Shown here: positions 1 through 5,802 of the stretch, in pieces
How the letters are laid out: every line of letters starts with the position of its first letter
Position numbering within the stretch: position 1 is the first letter of the stretch
Notes under the pieces: generated by a model
Told to the model about the DNA's origin: nothing
What the model saw: the letters and a program-made list of their open reading frames with translations, nothing else
Database searches by the model: none
From: an uncultured Chroococcidiopsis sp.
GTDB lineage: Bacteria; Cyanobacteriota; Cyanobacteriia; Cyanobacteriales; Chroococcidiopsidaceae
Direction of reading: 5' to 3'
Assembly: GCA_964248365.1 (NCBI GenBank)
Contig: CAXTYC010000063.1
Span: 1 to 13,230, forward strand
Length of the DNA stretch: 13,230 nucleotides
Made by a program: the position numbers and the translations under genes

Positions 1-1
1 G

Positions 2-778
2 ACGAAAGCTGCCGAATTAGGCTACTGTAAGGATACTATTTTTCGCCACCTTCAACGGTTATTAGAGTTGGGGGTAGTTGAGAGACAAAGAGCAAAGCGT
101 TGGGCTACTGACAGGGCTTGGAAGTACCGCATTGTTTCCCAGAAGCTATCCCAGTATATTGAATTATGCGAAAATCAGACTGTTGAATGTGATAAATCAG
201 AACATCGAGAGTCTGATACTGGTACATCAATAGTCCAAAATCAGGACAATAACATAGGTTCTAACTCAAATTCTTCTTATACTCAACCACAAGCAGAGCC
301 AGCTGCTGTTGAGAAAAAAGTAAAAGTGGAAGAGCAAGACAAGCCGACAGATGAGGAGGTAAAAGACGTTTGCATACAACTACGCCGTTTGTCTCCTGCC
401 ATCAGCATTAATCCCCAGGTTAAGAGTGCTATCCGCTCGTGCTGGCATAATGTTCCGGCGGGGCTGGCTAGAGTTAAAAGCGCGATGGTCGCGTTGCGAA
501 CCGCCGCAGGCATCGCACAGGGTTGGTGCAAGCAACCGACTGGGTTATTTGTCCAAACACTCAAGAATGGTGTGTCAAAAGAGCAAGCTGAAGCATCAGT
601 TGTGAGTAAAGAATATCCGCGCCCTACGCTTGAACAGTTGAATCAACTGGGAGAAATGGGTCAGTTGGTTTATACAAAGCTGAATGAGCTGGGGTATCCA
701 GAAGTTGTGGCTGTCAACACTGGTTCCGGTGTGTTGCCTTGGTGGGTGGTGTTAGGGGTGGAGTTGCGTGAGGTATAG
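2..778 (+). CDS. 5'-truncated winged-HTH protein, possibly a plasmid/phage replication-initiator-like protein
   Basis: The frame is open from base 2, upstream of the tracked TTG at 68. It reads TKAAELGYCKDTIFRHLQRLLELGVVERQR, an HTH/wing pattern, followed by an S/N/Q-rich linker and a C-terminal helical region. The replication role is inferred only from this architecture. Confidence 0.5.
   Translation, partial: TKAAELGYCKDTIFRHLQRLLELGVVERQRAKRWATDRAWKYRIVSQKLSQYIELCENQTVECDKSEHRESDTGTSIVQNQDNNIGSNSNSSYTQPQAEPAAVEKKVKVEEQDKPTDEEVKDVCIQLRRLSPAISINPQVKSAIRSCWHNVPAGLARVKSAMVALRTAAGIAQGWCKQPTGLFVQTLKNGVSKEQAEASVVSKEYPRPTLEQLNQLGEMGQLVYTKLNELGYPEVVAVNTGSGVLPWWVVLGVELREV
487..513. mobile_element. 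27-bp short dispersed repeat (SDR-like) inserted in-frame into a HIP1 site
   Basis: GCGAT(482-486)-[GGTCGCGTTGCGAACCGCCGCAGGCAT]-CGC(514-516). Removing the 27 nt restores GCGATCGC and keeps the frame (KSAIAQGW). Confidence 0.6.
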
Positions 779-1017
779 GTGGGGAGGTTATTGCTACCCT
801 TAGTTGTATCGGGATGGAAGGCTACAGAAGTGCTTGTGGCAAGCTTGGCGCAGTCTGGAGGATTGCAAGGAGTTTGTTTGGAATGTAATTATCTTGGTAT
901 TATCCACCAGTGTCAATATCATACAAATGCCTAAAAGTGCGTACTTTCTGCTTCAAGCGATCGCGCATACTCTCAGGTGAGATAATTACACAATTTTCTT
1001 CAAATCGCAAAACTTCT

Positions 1018-1043
1018 CGAATTAGCCAAACGAATTAGCCAAA
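1018..1043. repeat. 13-bp tandem duplication CGAATTAGCCAAA x2
   Basis: Exact copies at 1018-1030 and 1031-1043, followed by a degenerate CGATTTGCCA at 1046-1055. Confidence 0.75.
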
Positions 1044-1123
1044 AACGATTTGCCACTCGTCGCACTACTTGACGCACGTCTCCAACGATTATGCTATCTA
1101 TGTCATCGTTTTAAGGTTAACGT

Positions 1124-1990
1124 TTAAGAAGAAACTTTCAAACTGTAACGCTGGCACAAACTTTTAAATTTTTCGATCATGAGCAATCGCACATTTTCAG
1201 GCGCTACGATTACACAATCAGGTGCATATTGCATTACTTCCCTGATAAACCAAAATGTAATAGATACCCGCCTGACAACTCGCCGCACCCGCTGTGTATC
1301 TGGTAGCCATTCATTTAGCTTGTCTTCTGGTTTAGCTTGATAAGCAAAGGCTAAACCAGCAAACAGATGCATTTCTACATCTATCTCTGCCAAACTAGAA
1401 CGCCACTGGCCAGCAACAGGTAAAATGGCAGCATCTTGTATCCTGTCTAAACGCAAACTCCAATTATGCCTTAATTGTTCGACATCCAAGTTGCCATCTG
1501 TCTCTTCACACCAGCAATCAAGATATTGACGGTTTTCGTGTGGTGTAACCTTGGCATGGCGAACAGTAAAATCCCATACTCGATGTGCTGCATCTTGATA
1601 GCTGAGTTGAAAGGGTTGCTGGCGTAAGATGTAACGGTCTATTTCCAAACGCCAGTGGCGGGATAAGTTTCCTAAGAAACTTTCGATTTCACCTCGCAGA
1701 GGTATTAGTAGTTCGCTACGTTCAAGTAGTAATCGTGCGATTGTTTGTGCCTGCTCGTTTTGCCCAATGTCGCTAAACAAATGCATTGCACGGTAAAGCG
1801 CACGGATACGCGATTCTGACCAGTCATGATTTTTCCCAATAATTAAATGATGCTGGGCGATTGCTTCTATGAGCTTGGAGATATTCGGGCGATCGCCCCA
1901 CATCAGATTAAACTCCTGGGCTAGGTTTTCTAATTCAGCTTTGTCACGCTCGTGTAGAGACAAAGTTATCGATTGACCTTTTCGACTCAT
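1124..1990 (-). CDS. CRISPR-associated WYL-domain transcriptional regulator (N-terminal RHH-like, WYL, C-terminal WCX-like)
   Basis: 288 aa. The N-terminus SITLSL..DKAELENLA..NISKLIEAIA is ribbon-helix-helix-like. The WYL core reads F.LSYQDA...YLDCWCEE...SLRLDRI and the C-terminus reads WFIREVMQY...IVAPENVR. It is divergent from cas3, as is typical of cyanobacterial I-D loci. Confidence 0.88.
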   Translation of the reverse strand: MSRKGQSITLSLHERDKAELENLAQEFNLMWGDRPNISKLIEAIAQHHLIIGKNHDWSESRIRALYRAMHLFSDIGQNEQAQTIARLLLERSELLIPLRGEIESFLGNLSRHWRLEIDRYILRQQPFQLSYQDAAHRVWDFTVRHAKVTPHENRQYLDCWCEETDGNLDVEQLRHNWSLRLDRIQDAAILPVAGQWRSSLAEIDVEMHLFAGLAFAYQAKPEDKLNEWLPDTQRVRRVVRRVSITFWFIREVMQYAPDCVIVAPENVRLLMIEKFKSLCQRYSLKVSS

Positions 1991-2086
1991 TTTGTACGGA
2001 CACTTTATACAGTTATTTTATTGCTAATCTTTATTTTGCGTGCCAATATAGATTTTAACAAGATTTTACGGACAGTATTTAAGTAT
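1991..2086. promoter_or_regulatory. Divergent WYL/cas3 promoter region with two TACGGACA direct repeats
   Basis: AT-rich 96-bp intergenic region. TACGGACA occurs at 1995-2002 and 2067-2074, each close to one of the two start codons. Confidence 0.55.
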
Positions 2087-4267
2087 ATGTCCAACAATTA
2101 CACAATAACTCTCAAACCTGTCTATTCAGAAACAGTGCCAACACCAGAGGGCTTGAAAATGCCTAATGGGTGGTCATTGTCTTGGCATCAAGTTGAAACT
2201 TTAAAAGCGCTGCGAGATCCAAATATTGATGTAGTATTCAACGCTGGCATGACTGGCGATGGTAAAAGCTTGGCAGCTTATTTACAAGTGCTTCTAGGTG
2301 AATTATCCGCTATTGCGCTTTACCCGACAAACGAACTAGCCCGTGACCAAGAAATACAGATTAAAGGATATATTGAAGAATTCCAACCTAAAGAGAAACC
2401 TCGTGTAGCGCGACTTAGTGGCGCTGATTTAGAAATTTATGCAGAAAATGAAGGATTGAAAAAAGGTGCAGCGATCGCAACTCTCACTAACCAAAGAGAA
2501 GCATTGTTAACTAACCCTGATATTTTCCATTACTTACATTACGGTGCTTATATTATTCATGGTGATAGTCCAGATAAATTATGGGGAAGAATAGATAAAG
2601 ACTTTAACTTATTTATTTTCGATGAATTTCATGTTTTTGCGGCTCCCCAAATTGCCAGCATTATTAATACAATGCTGTTAATACGCTGCACAAACCGTCA
2701 TAAGAAGTTCTTATTTCTTTCAGCAACGCCAGATAAACATTTAATTAGCCGATTGCAAGAAGCTGGGTTTCGGTGTCAAGAAATCAATCCAATTGAGCAA
2801 AAAAAATATCAATTTCCTGAGACATTAGAAAAAGAACAGGAACTACAAGCGCAGAAATGGAGGCAAGTAGCGCGAGCAATTTCGCTGAATTTTATTCCTT
2901 TGTCACCTGATTTTAAAGCTTCTGAAACTTGGTTAAGAGAAAATAGTAATTTTATTTTGGCTCAGTTTAAGCAGTATCCAGGTAGTAAAGGTGCAATTAT
3001 TCTTAACTCAATTGCAGCAGTCAAACGCCTGACTCCATTTTTTCAAGAAATTTTACAGCCATATGGCTTGACCGTAGGAGAAAATACAGGACTATCTGGA
3101 AAAGGTGAAAAAGAACGCAGTCTTGCTGCTGATTTAGTCCTTGGCACGAGTACCATTGATGTTGGAGTTGACTTTAAAATTAATTTTCTGATTTTTGAAT
3201 CGTCAGATGCAGGGAATTTTATCCAAAGATTAGGACGTTTAGGAAGGCATGGTGGATATGAAAAGAATGGTCAAAAAATCAAGTTTGAGAACTTTACTGC
3301 TTTTGCACTGGTTCCTAACTTTTTAGTAGAGCGTTTATTTCAGCTAGAGCTTCCACCGTTAAAAGTTAATAGTATTTGCGATCGCCCCACTCTCCAACAC
3401 ATCATTAGAGAGCAATATCGCCAAATCAATGACTTTCATGGCTACTATCGCCGTTGGGGTGCTGTCCAATCATTTTGGCTGTATTACAAGTTAGGCGATC
3501 GCACAATTAAACAACAGTATGCCCAAAGCCGTGAGAAGTTTCAAGAAGCCTGTGAGCAAGTATTTGAAACAACTTTGAAGTCTGCGGCTGGACGTATTCA
3601 AGGATGGGCAAATGAGTGGAGACAGATATCTGGTAAAAAGGAGGGTAACCCAATTGCTGAGGATGCTGCTAGTTTTCGAGGCTTTAGCCCCTTGCAATGT
3701 GGTTTGTACGATTTAATGGCACAAAATGAGGCAGAGAGGTTTAAAACCTACGATCTACCAGGAATTTTAAGCAATTTAGAAATTGGAATGTGGACAGAAG
3801 CAGCGTTTATGCGAACTTTGAAAGAAACCGCCCAACGCACCGGACAACCAATTGCCAAAGGTAGATTTGCTCACTGTCTCGCATTTATGAAGTTGCGTTC
3901 CTACCGTGAGGAGCGGCTGAACTGGAAGTTTACCTACTCTAGCGACTTGCAGCCAATAGCTGATGCTTGGAAAGTTCAGGTTTTAACTGGTGTAGGAATT
4001 TGGCAACCAGACAATCAATGGATTGGTGCAATTAACAAAGAGTTGAAAAAGGAAGGTTTAGTTAGCTACCTGATACGCCGTCCAGTCGCAGAAGTGCGGA
4101 TGCGGCTACGGCTACCGATGCACTTTCAGATTTACCCAATTAGCGATCGGTATAGCTTTCATGATGCTACTGCACCGTATGCGATCGCTTTCGGTCACTC
4201 TGCGCTGCTACTGGATACCCTTGCCTATACGTTCAAAAGCAAAGGAGATGAGATATGGGTTGCTTGA
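2087..4267 (+). CDS. cas3: Type I-D CRISPR-associated helicase Cas3' (no HD domain)
   Basis: SF2 motifs: HQ (Q motif), TGDGKS, FDEFH, LSAT, TIDVGVD, QRLGRLGRH. No N-terminal HD domain. The start is placed at ATG 2087 (MSNNYTITL) because the tracked 1973 start overlaps the WYL gene. Confidence 0.93.
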   Translation: MSNNYTITLKPVYSETVPTPEGLKMPNGWSLSWHQVETLKALRDPNIDVVFNAGMTGDGKSLAAYLQVLLGELSAIALYPTNELARDQEIQIKGYIEEFQPKEKPRVARLSGADLEIYAENEGLKKGAAIATLTNQREALLTNPDIFHYLHYGAYIIHGDSPDKLWGRIDKDFNLFIFDEFHVFAAPQIASIINTMLLIRCTNRHKKFLFLSATPDKHLISRLQEAGFRCQEINPIEQKKYQFPETLEKEQELQAQKWRQVARAISLNFIPLSPDFKASETWLRENSNFILAQFKQYPGSKGAIILNSIAAVKRLTPFFQEILQPYGLTVGENTGLSGKGEKERSLAADLVLGTSTIDVGVDFKINFLIFESSDAGNFIQRLGRLGRHGGYEKNGQKIKFENFTAFALVPNFLVERLFQLELPPLKVNSICDRPTLQHIIREQYRQINDFHGYYRRWGAVQSFWLYYKLGDRTIKQQYAQSREKFQEACEQVFETTLKSAAGRIQGWANEWRQISGKKEGNPIAEDAASFRGFSPLQCGLYDLMAQNEAERFKTYDLPGILSNLEIGMWTEAAFMRTLKETAQRTGQPIAKGRFAHCLAFMKLRSYREERLNWKFTYSSDLQPIADAWKVQVLTGVGIWQPDNQWIGAINKELKKEGLVSYLIRRPVAEVRMRLRLPMHFQIYPISDRYSFHDATAPYAIAFGHSALLLDTLAYTFKSKGDEIWVA

Positions 4268-4268
4268 G

Positions 4269-4380
4269 GTTTCGATCCCTAATAGGGATTTTGGTTACTG
4301 ATTTACAGTAAGAGGGCGTAAGCCTTCAAGTACAGCGAAGGAAATTTCAATCCCTGATAGGGGTTCAAGTCTGCCTGATG
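4269..4380 (-). CRISPR. Degenerate mini-array (repeat-spacer-repeat) encoding a putative crRNA-like regulatory RNA
   Basis: Minus strand: R1 4380-4344 CATCAGGCAGACTTGAACCCCTATCAGGGATTGAAAT; 38-nt spacer 4343-4306 TTCCTTCGCTGTACTTGAAGGCTTACGCCCTCTTACTG; R2 4305-4269 TAAATCAGTAACCAAAATCCCTATTAGGGATCGAAAC. Both repeats keep the CCCT-N3-AGGG hairpin and an ATTGAAAC-like 3' end of cyanobacterial I-D repeats. The period is 75 nt. Confidence 0.85.
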
Positions 4381-4401
4381 TTTTATTGCCCTCCACTCTC
4401 A

Positions 4402-4407
4402 ATCATA
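4402..4407 (-). promoter_or_regulatory. Candidate -10 box (TATGAT) for the mini-array transcript
   Basis: TATGAT on the minus strand ~21 nt upstream of R1. No clear -35 box. Confidence 0.35.
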
Positions 4408-4455
4408 TAGGAGAAATTCACAAGATTTTTATGTAGTCTTTAATAACTGAATTTA

Positions 4456-4483
4456 TTGTCATAAAAATTTCGTATGCTATTCT
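4456..4483 (+). promoter_or_regulatory. Sigma70-type promoter for the leader/small-ORF transcript
   Basis: TTGTCA (4456-4461), 16 nt, then TATTCT (4478-4483) with an extended -10 TG at 4475-4476. Predicted TSS ~4490. Confidence 0.6.
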
Positions 4484-4492
4484 TTACTTGTT

Positions 4493-4521
4493 GGCATCAG
4501 CCTGCAAGGACAGAGAAGGAA
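4493..4521. promoter_or_regulatory. Target site of the mini-array spacer
   Basis: GGCATCAGCCTGCAAGGACAGAGAAGGAA versus 4315-4343 GGCGTAAGCCTTCAAGTACAGCGAAGGAA: 24/29 identical. Confidence 0.8.
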
Positions 4522-4541
4522 ATTCGTTGTACCGATGCTTG

Positions 4542-4611
4542 CATCCGTCCGACGCTACGCTTCTTACTGTAGTTGAACTGATACTCTCATCCGTCCAACG
4601 CAACGCTTCTT
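4542..4611 (+). repeat. Two 24-nt direct repeats separated by 22 nt
   Basis: CATCCGTCCGACGCTACGCTTCTT (4542-4565) and CATCCGTCCAACGCAACGCTTCTT (4588-4611), 22/24 identical. Confidence 0.85.
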
Positions 4612-4724
4612 TATGAAGCAAACATAAGTTCAAAATTTACAAGGAGGTTCCAAGATAATAAAAGATCTTTTGATTCCAATTTCTTAAGACACGATTCCTA
4701 AAACTTAAGTGGAGGTTCTAACTG

Positions 4725-4916
4725 ATGAACAATTATGTTCAGTTGGAACTCTTTGACCTGCGATCTTACACCTCAGAACAATCGTCTGTAACTGAGGAAG
4801 TAACTGAATTGGTCGAAGAGATTCAGCAATTAAGCAACTATAAGCAACTTGAACTTGATCTCTTTCGACAGCAGTTTTATAAAACTCCTTCCGAGTTATT
4901 TATATTAGCTGCATAA
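4725..4916 (+). CDS. 63-aa acidic peptide with duplicated NY.QLEL motif; putative beta-clamp-binding toxin
   Basis: SD GGAGG at 4711-4715, 9 nt before the ATG. Internal repeat NYVQLELFDL / NYKQLELDLF and C-terminal LAA. A hairpin follows the stop codon. The function is inferred. Confidence 0.7.
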   Translation: MNNYVQLELFDLRSYTSEQSSVTEEVTELVEEIQQLSNYKQLELDLFRQQFYKTPSELFILAA

Positions 4917-4924
4917 CTTCAAAA

Positions 4925-4957
4925 GGGGGCTAAGAACTCATTAATTCAAAAGCCCCC
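4925..4957. terminator. GC-rich stem-loop after the small ORF
   Basis: GGGGGCT (4925-4931) pairs with AGCCCCC (4951-4957). A T-run follows the stem only on the minus strand (AAAA at 4921-4924 on plus). Confidence 0.55.
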
Positions 4958-4989
4958 CTCATCACAATTAAAAATATTGGGAGTAAATC

Positions 4990-5233
4990 ATGGACGAACA
5001 AAAAATTTTGGAAAGAATCACTGTCAATCCTCAAATTTTTGGCGGTAAACCTATTATTCGAGGTCGTCGGCTAGCGGTTGAACATATTTTAGGGATGCTT
5101 GCAGCAGGAGATACTATCGAAACCTTGCTAGAAGCTTATCCCTGGTTAGAACGGGAAGATGTTGCAAGCCTGTTTAGTTTATGCGCGGAGGTTAGTTGGT
5201 CATGAGCGAATTGAACCATTATTGATAGAGTAA
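4990..5233 (+). pseudogene. DUF433-family antitoxin, frameshifted
   Basis: RITVNPQIFGGKPIIRGRRLAVEHILGMLAAGDTIETLLEAYPWLEREDV is a DUF433 signature. One extra base near 5163-5164 shifts the frame. The shifted frame continues QACLVYARRLVGHERIEPLLIE* to TAA at 5231-5233. Confidence 0.8.
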
Positions 5234-5238
5234 GCAAT

Positions 5239-5599
5239 GTGAAAATACTGCTAGATACTTGTGTCTGGTTTGGAGTGCGTACCAATTTACTTGCTGCTGG
5301 CTATGACGTAGTTTGGAGTGGAGATTGGTCAGAAGATTCAGGCGATGAGGAGATTTTAGCAACTGCTTACCGTGAAGGTCGAATTTTAGTAACGCGAAGA
5401 TATTGGCTTTGGAGAGTTAGCGATTGTACGGGGAAATCCTCATTGTGGTATTTTGCGGCTAGTTAATCTCAGTACTAAAGAGCAATCAATTGTTTGTGTG
5501 CGGGTGCTTCAGCTGTACGGTGATGAATTAGCGTCGGGTGCGATTGTAACTGCGGAATTAAGCAGAGTGAGAATTAGACCACCAGAGAATGATGGCTAG
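5239..5599 (+). pseudogene. DUF5615 PIN-like toxin, frameshifted
   Basis: MKILLDTCV...DEEILATAYREGRILVT, then the expected T.DKDFG motif is disrupted at ~5395-5405. Another frame continues FGELAIVRGNPHCGILRLVNL...GAIVTAELSRVRIRPPENDG* to TAG at 5597-5599. Confidence 0.8.
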
Positions 5600-5622
5600 A
5601 ACTCAACCAATAAAAAACTCAT

Positions 5623-5766
5623 ACCAATGGTGCGAGAAATTGACGGGCTTTAGTTTCTCTAGATTTTTCATTACTAACGCGCAAAACGGCAACCAATAGT
5701 TGCAGAAATTGACTGTAATCAATTATACAGGTTGAAAAACTGCCGCCATTGGTGGCAGAAATTGCT
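5623..5766. repeat. Three degenerate 22-bp direct repeats upstream of cas10d
   Basis: ACCAATGGTGCGAGAAATTGAC (5623-5644), ACCAATAGTTGCAGAAATTGAC (5692-5713), GCCATTGGTGGCAGAAATTGCT (5745-5766). Confidence 0.75.
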
Positions 5767-5802
5767 CAGACTTATAAGTTGGTCATTCTTTGGAGGTAAA
5801 AA

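Noticed and set aside
283..564. 93-aa minus-strand ORF
   Set aside because: Antisense shadow of the wHTH ORF with no recognisable motifs.
1069..1095. TTGACG...TATGCT promoter-like pair pointing antisense into WYL
   Set aside because: 15-nt spacing is suboptimal and there is no downstream plus-strand gene.
1973..2086. 38-aa hydrophobic N-terminal extension of Cas3 in the ORF track
   Set aside because: Overlaps the WYL start and spans the AT-rich promoter region. ATG 2087 is the more plausible start.
3491..3697. 68-aa minus-strand ORF
   Set aside because: Antisense to cas3 with no supporting signals.
2087..4267. Cas3 lacking an HD nuclease as a defect or novelty
   Set aside because: Normal for subtype I-D, where the HD domain is on Cas10d, and it is present here.
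4269..4380. Reading the mini-array as an ordinary adaptive CRISPR array or random remnant
   Set aside because: Only two divergent repeats, located mid-operon, and the spacer matches a neighbouring site in the same locus. This fits a regulatory RNA better.
4535..4627. Mini-ORFs MLASVRRYASYCS (4535-4576) and MKQT (4613-4627) in the leader
   Set aside because: No well-spaced SD, so they cannot be supported as translated, though uORF roles are not excluded.
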